A stretch of 64,000 bases of DNA. Source: Octopus sinensis (lineage: Eukaryota). Shown here one piece after another: positions 53,002-64,000 of this stretch (its first letter is position 1; every line of letters starts with the position of its first letter). Position numbers and translations under genes: made by a program. The DNA lies in contig NC_043010.1 of assembly GCF_006345805.1 (NCBI RefSeq), positions 45,694,001-45,758,000 of the forward strand, read 5' to 3'. Under the pieces are notes generated by a model. The model had not been told where the DNA came from, made no database searches, and saw only the letters and a program-made list of their open reading frames with translations.

Positions 53002-54054
53002 TACATTGAAAAATGTGGGTACATGCATGTTAATTTTCTTAAGTTATTACACCTGGAAAAGTACAGAACAAGATTTCTACAGTAGAATTTGCCGAATTCG
53101 TCCCCTCTAAAGGAAACTAATAAGTACCTAGAATGAAAATTCTACTGAACTTAAAATATTGCAGCTGAGAATAACATTTTAAAAATTTACTATATTTTAT
53201 TAAAACAAAAATTTTAAAACATTCCTGGATTTTTCCAAAAATAAGCCCATCCAATTTTAAGCATATAGGCTTATATTCAAAATTTTTTTCATGTATAACC
53301 CTAGTAATTTTTATTATTTTCAGAAAAAAATTATCCAAGTGTGTATTTAAGCCTGTGAGCTTATTTTGGGAAAAAGCAGTATTCTAAAAGGGAAATAAAA
53401 TAAAATTAATTTTAAAAAAAATATAGTAAAATTTGCCTAATTAGTCATCCCTAAGAGAAAATTGAAAGCGAATTAGGTAAACTAACAAATTAGCCAGACA
53501 AATTTATTTGTCAGATTGAATTTTTTTTTTAATGTGGAAGAATTGACTGAGCATATAGTTGATTTGAAATCATTTAATGTCCATTCTATTGCAATCGATG
53601 TTTTTTTTTTCTTTTTTGTAATGGAATTTCAATTCAAGTGAAAAAAATCTTGTGCAATATTATTTACAACTTCATATTTTATTGTTTATACTTGATACAA
53701 CTAAATAAAATGACTTTTGTATATTTCAGAAGACATGATTTAAAAGATTTTTTGTTTAACTTTACTTTTGATTACTTTTGTACCATGTTTTTAAAAATTT
53801 ACTTGTTTTTTAGATTCTCATAATAAATAAAATAAATTATCTCAAATTTACCTAATTTAATGTATTTTGATTTTAAAAATGTTATTCTCAGCTGCAGTAT
53901 TTTAAGTACTGTAGAATTTTAATTTTAAGTATTCTTTAGTTTCTTTTAGAAATGACAAATTAGGCAAATTCTACTGTAGAAATCTTGTTCTTTACTTTTC
54001 CAGGTGTAATAACTTAAGAATATTAATATGCATGCGCCCGCATTTTTCATTGTA
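53002..54054. mobile_element. Non-autonomous foldback element with ~185-bp TIRs
   Basis: 53002-53185 (TACATTGAAAAATGTGGGTAC...GCAGCTGAGAATAACATTTT) is the reverse complement of about 53875-54054; AT-rich non-coding interior. Confidence 0.85.
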
Positions 54055-54944
54055 ATCCACTTTTGTTCCAGGCAATGCAATAAAACTTATAAATATTCTT
54101 TTGTTAGAAAATATTTGAATTAAATGAAATGAAACCTGCCTGTATATTTATTTCATTTAAAATTAATGATTTTTTAAAAATAATGAGAAATGTAATTATA
54201 ATTGTAAAAAATATTAGATCGTATATCTTCACTGTATATAACATTTTTATATTGAAACAAAGTGCATGATACAAACGCACCAAAAAAGAAAGTGTGAAAA
54301 TTCAATATGAAAAATAATTTTCTATGTAATAGGGAATATTAATACTATAATAGTAGAATATTAATTGTATATTATATAAATAGTAATAGTGAATATTAAT
54401 GATCGTAGGAATAGTAAAGTCATGGCTAATATAAAATTTTAAAAAATGCAAAAATAGTCAATGCATCCTCTGTAAGGCAGAAGGAGCCCCCTGCTCTTGT
54501 TAAAGCAAAGTTAGTTTGTTAGTCAAAATTCATGCAAAATAAAAATAAAGCCTGCAATTCAGCTACTGTTCTTGTCAACTTGCCTGAAAATAAAAAATCT
54601 GAATCCTGCTACTCTGAAAATCCAATCATACTATCTGAAAGCAAAACCTTGTCAGTTTACCCCAAGAAATAGTCATCTAAATTCATACACCAGTCTACTA
54701 AAGTACACATTCTGTAGTCCATACAGTAACAAACTACTCTTTTAGTTTGCCATTTATTATTCTTTTGAAAGGGTTTCACAGAACAAATTCCCATGAGAAT
54801 TCTCTCCCTACCTGTCGTTTTTCTCTCCAGCAACAAACTTGTATGAGTTCAAACATTAATCTCATTCCTTTATCCTGAGACAATATTCTTGGAGGGCCTC
54901 AACGAGCTTTGGTCTAGTATATATTCTTTTACTTGTTTCTATCA

Positions 54945-55171
54945 TTAACCCTTTAGCATTCACATTATTCAGTCAAACGTAATGCTCCTTTATTCACATG
55001 TTTTGATTTAATCTTGCATTATCTTGTAGCTTTGAGATTTTGATGAGATAACTGTTTATTTCTAAAAGGATATTGTAGGGATGGTGTGAGAGGCCAGATC
55101 TGGCTAGTTTTAATATAAAACAAGTAGAATATTTGGGCTGGATATGGCCTGTTTAAATACTAAATGGTTAA
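54945..55171. mobile_element. piggyBac-like MITE, family 1, inserted into a family A SINE tail
   Basis: TTAA TSD at both ends; the flanks rejoin as a minus-strand SINE tail (...ccatggtcccagtTTAAtgatagaaacaagtaaaaga). Confidence 0.85.
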
Positions 55172-55335
55172 ACTGGGACCATGGTGGAGCACTGCCCAGA
55201 AAGGGTTTAGTTAATCAATTTAACTCCAGAATTTTTTTTTTAATCTGGTACTTATTTTGTAGATCTCTTCTTGCTGAACCACTGTGTTATAGGGATGCAG
55301 ACAAACCAATACTGGTTGTCAAGCAATGAGAGACA
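55172..55335 (-). mobile_element. Family A SINE 3' half
   Basis: ggagcactgccc...ctggtacttatt...gctgaaccact...ggttgtcaagcaatg. Confidence 0.7.
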
Positions 55336-55958
55336 AATATAGCAAACATGGGCACATGCACTACACACACATATGCTACACACACACATGCTAACACACA
55401 CAGGCTACACACACACATGCTTTTGATTCAGTAGTAAAGTTAATAGGTTACTCAAGGGCTTAGATTTTTGTTCAATTGTCTTATTTTATGGTGAAAAATA
55501 TGGTCCACTTTATATATAGTTATAATATATACTTCATTTTATGCTGAAGTTGATAAGCTATTATGTACTGGTAAGCCTTCATTACCATTATCATCTTCTT
55601 CATCCTCTTGAACACAAGACTATGATAATACTCATACATTATGACTTGTTTTGAGCAAAGTTTTTTATTAAATCATTATTTTGCCTGAAGTAGACAGACA
55701 GCTTTATATGCTTAGTCATATTTAATTCAGGCTACTGCTGATTTTTAGCTAAATTGTTTTGATCATCTATGCCCTCATTTGCCTCACACCTGGAGATGGA
55801 TGGACGCCCACATTTAAATGCCCAAGAACTGTTGTATGTTATGACGGTACCCCTTCATAACAACTGGAATTAAGGCTCCAAAGCAAAGCAAAACTTTAAG
55901 ATTGTTGGAAAAGAAGAGGAAAATAAAGTTTGTAGCAAGACAGAAAGTTTTATAAAAA

Positions 55959-55996
55959 CCTTTATATTTCAGGGACAAAGGCCTGTCCTCAGAAGG
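55959..55996 (-). ncRNA. Minimal hammerhead-like motif (Penelope-type variant)
   Basis: Minus: cctt-CTGAGGA-c-AGG cctttgtc CCT-GAAA-ta-TA-aagg; stem I cctt/aagg and palindromic ATAT stem III. Confidence 0.4.
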
Positions 55997-56640
55997 AAGC
56001 AGTCCAAGAAATGTCTGGTTACATTGTTTTCATTATTTTATTTAAACTGCTTGGTGTTTGGGTTAGCAGCAGCAGCATCTCTCCAAGTGTTGGTTGTTGT
56101 GACATATTTTCTTTTCCTTGCACACTTTGGTACTACTGTGCCTCAAGCTAACTACAACACTCTTATGTAAGATTCTTGTTTTGTTCCAATCTAGTTATTT
56201 GGCTGAAACTTTTGAGACACTAGGTGTATCAATATAAGATGCAAAATGATGAGTTTTTATGCAAATCTGCATCATTTAACAAGAAAATGATAGCTTTTGC
56301 AGGGGTTTCTGTTTTAGAAAGCATAATATTCTCTGTGTTAACATTGATCATTAACCAACCTTCTGAATCAGACAATAAGAATATATAAATAACACATTTC
56401 AAATTCTGTCTCATATTTTCTACTGAATAGTTTTACATTCTCTGTTACTTTCCAGTCTATATAATTATATATTAGACTTTATTCAATGAACTACAACAAT
56501 CAACATCATCATACATCATAACAATATTAAATAAACTGATAAATTGTAACCAAAATTGATTCATTATTTATAATGCAAAGAAGAATAACTGTTTCATATG
56601 TAATTTAAATTCACTTCCTCATCTATTTACCTGTTTCTAG

Positions 56641-56654
56641 GTAGTGATTTAAAG
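56641..56654 (+). other. Candidate 14-nt microexon or weak recursive site
   Basis: Y-rich ttcacttcctcatctatttacctgtttctag | GTAGTGATTTAAAG | gtaact. Confidence 0.25.
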
Positions 56655-58189
56655 GTAACTGTGTAATTCCTTATCAGCTGCCGACATCAGTAATTAGAAG
56701 AACGGCTTGTTTTGGATATTTGTTTTTGACTAAACAAAATATTGTGCTCTGTTTGGTAGATAGAGGAAATGTATGTTAGTCATCAAGTGGTTGTCTGTAT
56801 AATATATTTTTTAAAATTATAAGCTGCTCTACTGTTACTTTCAATTTTAATGGAAATATTTACTTATTAATATAGCTTTATTAGTTTGTGGGTGTCTGTC
56901 AGCATCAATTTTACATTGTTTGGTTTATTTATTTGTTATTAATGGAAAATTAGAAGTATACGTGTGTGCGTGTGCAAGTGTGTATGTGTATACTAAAATA
57001 CATATACATACACTTGCATAAAGAACATAGGCATACACACAATAGACAACAAAATACTTTGATATTCATTTAACACTAAAGTGTTTCAACATAATTAATC
57101 TGCAATTTGTCTTTTGTCTCTGCTTGATTAGTTATTTAATAACTAATAAGCTGAGTTTAAACAATAATGGTTATAGTGCTGGTAATGATAATGGAAGTAT
57201 CTGTGAGAATTGAAAGTAATTGTAGTGATAATCATGGTAAATCTGTGAGAAAGTTTCACTGTATCCCACTGTTACAATTATTGTTAGATTACCTTAAGTT
57301 TCAGCTTATTGTCATTGTTGTACTTGTAATCATGTTGGTGGTACTGATACTTGCTGATGGCAGATATATAATGGGGCCAATGCAGGACAGATATATAATG
57401 ACCTTAGATTGCAGATGGGTTTTATTCTGTTTCGACCTGAAATTTTCACTCAGACCCCTCTTTAAATCTCAGTGGCATAAACATCTCTTTTGGAGGTTTT
57501 TCCATTCTAACTTTAATCCCAGCTTTAAACAGACTAATCCACAAAAATATTTCTTGAACTGCTATAAATAGCTACCAAATCGCCCTCAAATCAAATCCTG
57601 CCATCTTTAAAAAAGAATGATGGAATGCTATGTTGAATTATGTAGTCCTGGTTATAGCAGAAATACAGAACAGTTTGTAGTTTTGATCATAGGGGCAACA
57701 ACAACAATAGAAAAACATACTCTCTTGGGAATGAAATCAATCAAAAAATGTCATACAATGGGAAAACAATCCTAGATTCAAATCCTGAAAACAGCCACCA
57801 CAAACCAAAGAACTAGAATTCTTTGAAAAGCTCAATAAGAATTATAAAAATTTAACATCAAAAAGAAGGATTGCCTAAATACTGATTTTAAAATAATATA
57901 ATTCTGTGATATCTTTTTCATATTTGCACACAGAACAAGATAAGCAAAGATACTTACAATAAACTTTTACATATTAACATAACAAAGTCCTTCAGAACAA
58001 CCAGCTGCAATGCATACAATGAAATCAATAGAGAGGCGCAACATAGATTTATATGCATCATCCCAAAAAAAGAACAGTGTTCATTACACTGAAGGCCAAC
58101 ATATACCCACACTTCTAGATAAAAACCAGAATCCATGGAAACTAGTAGTCATATACAAATGTTTTTACATACACACACGTACACACGCA

Positions 58190-58785
58190 CAGGCATGGAA
58201 GGACTGGAAGAACAGTGGTAGCAGGGAATTGTAATGCCAGAAGGGAAGCTAAGAGACAGGTTTACTTAACAATAGAGGGGAAACAGATAAAAAATTTGCC
58301 AATGTTCTGTATCATGAAGACCAAAGACTTGAAGTTTTTCCTATTGCAAGACAGCATGTGAGAGAGAATTGTGATGTCATAGGAGAGAAATGTGTCTGCA
58401 TGGATGATGGCTCATTTGCATTTAATAAGGCTGCAAGGAGAGTTACTTGGAGATGCCACTATGAAAGGTTGCTGAATGAACAGAATGACTGGGAAAAAGA
58501 GAGTCTGCCGAATATCAACCCAACAGAGGGACCAGCTATCCGAGTTGACACTACCTTGGTAGATGAAGCAATTAAGGGTATGAAGACCAGGAAAGCCACC
58601 AGCTCATCAGGAATCACTGCAGAGATGCTTAAAATATCTGGCAGTGTTGGCTATAGTCTAGTCGCCCGTATAGTCAATCAGGTGATACATAAAGGAGTCA
58701 TACCCAATGACTGGTATAGCTTGCCAGTCTTTAGTCAAACTGTCCAACCCATGCCAGCATAGAAAGCAAATGTTAAATGATGATG

Positions 58786-58790
<5 letters not shown>
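58190..58790 (+). mobile_element. RTE LINE ORF2 fragment fused to the 3' terminus
   Basis: ORF 58358..58762: WRCHYERLLNEQNDW...VDEAIKGMKTRKATSSSGITAEMLK...IVNQVI..G.IPNDW is the pre-RT region of RTE LINEs; joins at about 58716 to ...CCCATGCCAGCATAGAAAGC...GATGAT. Confidence 0.9.
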
Positions 58791-58832
<42 letters not shown>

Positions 58833-58882
58833 TAGCATGCACACACACATGCATATGTACATACATACATACATACATACAT
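58787..58882. repeat. (TA)n/(CATA)n microsatellite
   Basis: Direct reading. Confidence 0.93.
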
Positions 58883-58888
58883 GTGGAA

Positions 58889-59272
58889 TGGAAGCATTCT
58901 GTCGGTTACGACGATGAGGGTTCCGGTTGATCCGAATCAACGGAACAGCCTGCTCGTGAAATTAACGTGTAAGTGGCTGAGCACTCCACAGACATGTGTA
59001 CCCATAACGTAGTTCTCGGGAATATTCAGCGTGACACAGAGAGTGACAAGGCCGGCCCCTTGAAATACAGGTACAACAGAAACAGGAAGTAAGAGTGAGA
59101 GAAAGTTGTGGTGAAAGAGTACAGCAGAGATCACCACCATCCCCTGCCGGAGCCTCGTGGAGCTTTTAGGTGTTTTCGCTCAATAAACACTCACAACGCC
59201 CGGTCTGGGAATCGAAACCGCGATCCTATGACCGCGAGTCCGCTGCCCTAACCACTGGGCCATTGCGCCTCC
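58889..59272 (-). mobile_element. tRNA(Arg-like)-headed SINE sharing the family B 3' body, full length, young
   Basis: Head GGCGCAATGGCCCAGTGGTTAGGG...GTTTCGATTCCC with A/B boxes; last ~190 nt shared with 43495-43829. Confidence 0.92.
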
Positions 59273-59932
59273 ACATACATACATGTATGCATATATGCAT
59301 TCATGCATGCTAGCAGGTATATATCCGTGTATATCCTTGACTCCTGCACACACATAAACACTCACATATACTGTGTTTAATTCATTTGATTATATCTCTC
59401 TGTTATAAATGTGTAGCCTTGTGTGAAAGTATAAAGTCATTATTATCATTTCATTTATTAGCCATCGCAACATAGTTTTAATGAAAAAATTATAGAAACA
59501 GATTTCGTTTTTCAGGACAGTATATGTAAATAATTTAGTTACAATTAAAATTCCACTACATCTATGCAACACTTGCTGTTTAGACACTCTTTAGTTAGAC
59601 ACAAATTTAATTAACTGGCTTGTTAGCAATTATTTTTCTTCATATTGATATAGCAGCTAGACAAGCTAGCTATTTCACAAACACATGTATGCACATACAT
59701 ACACATTCAAGTGTGTGTGGGTCTGTGTGTAGCTAGCTAGATATAAATTTATCTAAAGAAAGAGTAAAAGTACTCAATATACGTAGTAGGATTTATTTAT
59801 TTGTTCAGTCATTCAAAGTTGAAAAGGCCTTCTGTCACAACTCGTTGTTTTCTCATTATAAGCTATTTATGCTATAATATTGTGCAAGTATTATTACTAG
59901 TGTTGCTGCATTTTTTTAAAAACTTTATTTAT

Positions 59933-60339
59933 AGGCATAGGAGTGGCTGTGTGGTAAGTAGCTTGCTTACCAACCACATGGTTCCGGGTTCAGTCTCACT
60001 GCATGGCACCTTGGGCAAGTGTCTTCTACTATAGCCTCGGCCCGACCAAAGTCTCGTGAGTGGATTTGGTAGACAGAAACTGAAAGAAGCCTGTTGTATA
60101 TATGTATATATATATATGTATGTGTGTGTATATGTTTGTGTGTCTGTGTTTGTCCCCCCCAACATCGCTTGACAACCGGTGCTGGTGTGTTTATGTCCCT
60201 GTAACTTAGCAGTTTGGCAAACGAGAACGGTAGAATAAGTATTAGGCTTACAAAGAATAAATCCTGGGATCGATTTCCTCGACTAAAGGTGGTGCTCCAG
60301 CATGGCCACAGTCAAATGACTGAAACAAGTAAAAGAGTA
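59933..60339 (+). mobile_element. Family A SINE, full length
   Basis: Complete head to GAAACAAGTAAAAGAGTA. Confidence 0.95.
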
Positions 60340-60639
60340 TGTTTGATTTTAGTGATCAGTGTATGTAACATTACTTGGTTAATCACTGTTCTATATGTAC
60401 ATGTATATAAATGTTTCTCTGTGTCTATTGACATATATGTTTATATATGTACTTTTTACACTCTTTACAGAGTGTACTGGGTGTTTTTTTTTTTTTTGTG
60501 GCTCTGACACTAGTGAGATCGCTAAGTAAATCACAATACAAGACCCTTTGACAGAATGGGGCTGTGTATCATGGAAGGTGGCTTTGTGCTAGGTGTTGAG
60601 TGACTAAAGTATGATAGAGGAATAAGTGCTGGTTTCATG

Positions 60640-61000
60640 CTGTAGTTTAATTTGGCTATCCTCCCCAATGCTTCAACAATTTTGCATGAGAACGCCATCC
60701 ATCACAGTGCCCAATGCATGGTCTTAAATCATCAACATTTGTCATTCCACTGTCCTGAAGCAAGTTGTCCACATAGGTTAGATGCTTTCTTCCTCTGTTG
60801 ATTCTTCCTTCAGTTGACTGCTATAAAACCAAATGACACACACACACACACACACAGGTTCTTCTAGGTTCTGATGCAATGACCAGCAATTCTCATTCTT
60901 CTCTGCTGAATTTTCTCAGTCACTTTGGGTAGATCTCGATAAAGCTGCTTGTTGTTTAAATGAGTTCTCCATGCTGTAGAGGAGACAAAAAGAACATCTG
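60640..61000 (-). mobile_element. RTE LINE ORF2 C-terminal fragment interrupted by (CA)n
   Basis: STAWRTHLNNKQLYRDLPKVTEKIQQRRMRIAGHCIR and QSTEGRINRGRKHLTYVDNLLQDSGMTNVDDLR...GWRS. Confidence 0.82.
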
Positions 61001-61952
61001 AACTACAAAATAGCAGGTTGAAGCATTACAGGAACTTTAAATCAAATATTTTACCATTTATTGATATACATCTCTAACTATATTATATTTTCTAAGCAGG
61101 CTTTACCTCAGCATTCATATCTATTCATGCAATTTCACTTACCATTCATTCTTTACCTATTTCCTATATCAAATTCTTAACCTTCTCTGTTGGTAAGTGA
61201 TATTTCTGTTAAAATAAAATTATCTTTGTCCAAGGACAAGACCAGTTTTCTTATATACAAAGCCTCTATAGAGCTTCAGCATATCACCACAAGTATTTAC
61301 CACATTTATTCATACATAATACTTATGAGTGTACTATGCCTGCTTGTAATAATGGACAATGAACTCTTGGAAAAAAAAATTTCATGTGCAATTCCCTCTA
61401 AGTTATGCATGTGTGCATTTGCACACATCTTTTGCAACCAGTGCTGAGAGGAAATTAATATGTACCCACATCAGTTACCTAAATTAAAGTAGTAATTTGA
61501 AAATTATACATTTATATTCTGTGCACATTCACATACTTTCATCACATAAAAATAATTCCACAGCATAAGATTTCTGCACACACACACACTAATTAGTAAA
61601 AGACATGAGAAAACTTTTTATTTAATATTACAATGTATAGAGAATGGAGTGTTTAGCCACATTTATTATTGTTGTATAAAATTTACTGAAAATGTTCACG
61701 TATCTGAAATGAAACAAAAGCAATTCTGAAATGATGGTTGAACTTTACCAGCTAAAACCATAAAAATGTGTATGCTGTAAAGTTCAAAATTGTACATAAG
61801 TAAATACTGTGTTTTTTTATCAACTGTGAAGAATATAGGAAGTTACATTAAGATTTGAGCTTGTAAAATTCTAACCCTCACCTCACACCTAACAATTTAT
61901 TATTTCTGGTTTAATGAATAAGAAAAAAATCTTTTACTTCATTGGATAAGGA

Positions 61953-62110
61953 TCATCATCGTTTAACATCCACTTTCCATGCTAGCATGGGTTGGACGAT
62001 TTTGACTGAGGGCTGGTGAACCAGATGGCTGCACAAGGCTCCAATCTTGATCTAGCAGAGTTTCTACAGCTGGATGCCCTTCCTAATGCCAACCACTCCG
62101 AGACTGTAGG
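61953..62110 (-). mobile_element. RTE-type 3' end
   Basis: catcatcgtttaacatccactttccatgctagcatgggttggacg...ctggatgcccttcctaatgccaaccactcc. Confidence 0.85.
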
Positions 62111-63533
62111 ATGATATAGTATTTCACGAGTAGCTTTTTCTACCAGAAGAATTAAACTTGATGGTATTTATAAGTATGCAAAAAAAAAAATTCAATTCCA
62201 CAATGTTAGTCCCTAGTTAGATGTTGGAGAATTCAAACATTGAGCTACATATAATAACCTCTGAGTTCAAATACTTTGTCTCTCATCCTTTCAGGGCCAA
62301 TACAAAAAACAAAGTACCAATACAGGATGATTGGGTGATAGATTTGTTAGAGCATCAGGTAAAATGCTTTGTGGAATCTGATTGTTATTTTCCTTTTTGA
62401 TGGCAACACTTGTGCCAAGCTGTAACATTTCTTGCCTTTTCCTTACGCATCATCAGCAGTGCAGAGGAAAGAGGTTTGTATGCATGGACAACTGCTAGTT
62501 TCACACAAAACGTTTTTCTGGGCCTTCACCTAAAAGGGTAGCTTTACAGGTGTAGAAATCCATGGTAAGCTGTAACCAAAGAAGGCCCTAGATATGAACC
62601 TCCAACTGCCCAACTATTTATCAGTCCATTACTTAATCAACTTGGCATTGAATATTGCAAAGCATTTATTCGAATGTTGTCTTAAACTTGCTACTCTTAA
62701 ACAAGGTAAAAATTAATGAATATTTTTCTCTCTGGATAATTCAAACATGTAATCAAGCGATGCTACAATGGCTAAAAATCAATGTAAAATTATTTCACCA
62801 TTTTGATTTCCATCATCCACCCCACACGTACTCACACACTGATGAAAAAATAATGATGTTAGCTGAGAGATGGCAATGTAATATCATTAGAACAAAAAGA
62901 AGAAAAAAAAATGAAATAAAATTATAATATCAGTTTTCAAAGCATGTTAAATTCAAATTATCAATAACATATAAAATTTTAAATTTAGGACATGCTGATA
63001 ATTTCTCATTGATTTCTTTTACATTTTATCCATTGAATGAGTGATTGTTTAATTCAGCTGTATGTGTGAGAGTTGTGCACACTTATGTGTATGTGTTGTG
63101 CACATTTGTGTGTGTGTGTGTGTGTGTGTGTGCATTGCTGGGTGTGTCATTTAAATGTAGACAATATACAACCACTCTTTTAATCCCAATAAGTTTAAAA
63201 TCTATTAAATATTCTTAAAGGTAACTCCCAATAATAGCTTTACTGTTAATAGTTTCATAACTGATTTTGTTGTTGGTAGTGTTGATGGTGCTGTTCATTG
63301 CATGAGAAATGCATCAAAAGTTGATTTTATTTTTTCTTGATAAGAATCAGATACGTGTTTGTGAACATGCATAGAAGCTTTCAACGTTAACAAGGTATAT
63401 TATTATTGTTGTTGTTGTTGTTTGCTTTGGAGAGGGTATATCTAACAAATCTCCTGCAGAATTGGTATATAATCACATGTTACTGCATATCAGGTTTTCT
63501 TTTATTTGTCTAGAGCTTTTGAGTACCCACCTC

Positions 63534-63535
<2 letters not shown>

Positions 63536-63578
<43 letters not shown>
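63536..63578. repeat. (TA)n microsatellite
   Basis: Direct reading. Confidence 0.97.
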
Positions 63579-63583
<5 letters not shown>

Positions 63584-63769
63584 TTGTAACATTCCATTTA
63601 CTTCTCTAACAGTTTGGTTTCTTCATTTGGTTTAGTGTTAAGGTAAATGCAGCATCTGTACTCTCCCACAAATTTCAAAAATGATCTTGTTGAAAATTAT
63701 GAAAATAAAAATATTGTGAAAAAAACAAGAATAAGCAATAAGAAAATATTTATGCAAATGTATATAATA

Positions 63770-64000
63770 GGTGCAGGTGTGGCTGTGTGGTAAGAATTTT
63801 GCTTCCTAAACACATTGTTCCAGGTTCAGTCCCACCACATGGTGCCTCGGTTAAATGTCTTCTGCTACAAGCCCTGTGAGTAGATTTGGTAGACAGAAAC
63901 CGAAAGAAGCTCGTGTGTATATGTGGAGGGGAGGGGTGTCTTTGTGTATGTGATGTGTTTGTCCCCACTATTGCTTGACAATTACAGTTGGTTTATTTAT
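63770..64000 (+). mobile_element. Family A SINE, running off the window end
   Basis: ggtgtggctgtgtggtaag...gttccaggttcagtccc...gtgagtagatttggtagacagaaaccgaaagaagc. Confidence 0.85.

Noticed and set aside
59200-59272. tRNA-Arg gene (also a tRNA-like head at 43760-43829)
   Set aside because: Acceptor stem incomplete and continuous with a SINE body; these are SINE heads.
62420-62462. Minus-strand CTGATGA...GAAA motif
   Set aside because: Only 3-bp stems and no valid stem III or cleavage-triplet pairing.

Overview
Very AT-rich, CpG-poor eukaryotic DNA dominated by microsatellites and decayed transposons. The repeat content (tRNA-headed SINEs with internal (TA)n/(TG)n tracts, RTE LINE tails ending in (GAT)n) looks like an octopus/coleoid cephalopod genome; this is inference, not a database result. 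I found no intact protein-coding gene. The ORF track is explained by chance ORFs or by remnants of RTE, CR1/L2, Penelope, mariner, pogo/Tc2 and Gypsy elements, so the window is probably a large intron or intergenic region. Best non-trivial signals: (1) a 572-bp near-palindrome at 23261-23832 whose two arms each carry a type I hammerhead ribozyme with an unusually long, well-paired stem II, the minus-strand copy retaining all core catalytic nucleotides; (2) a candidate recursive splice site (long Y-tract-CAG|GTAAGT followed by a 37-nt exon with stops in all frames and a second GTAAGT) at 14426; (3) an internally deleted pogo/Tc2 element that keeps an open 59-aa Brinker-type DNA-binding-domain ORF; (4) candidate 14-nt microexons and an ATG-terminated first exon; (5) several other foldback structures that could be ADAR substrates. 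All coordinates were counted by hand, and element boundaries may be off by some bases.
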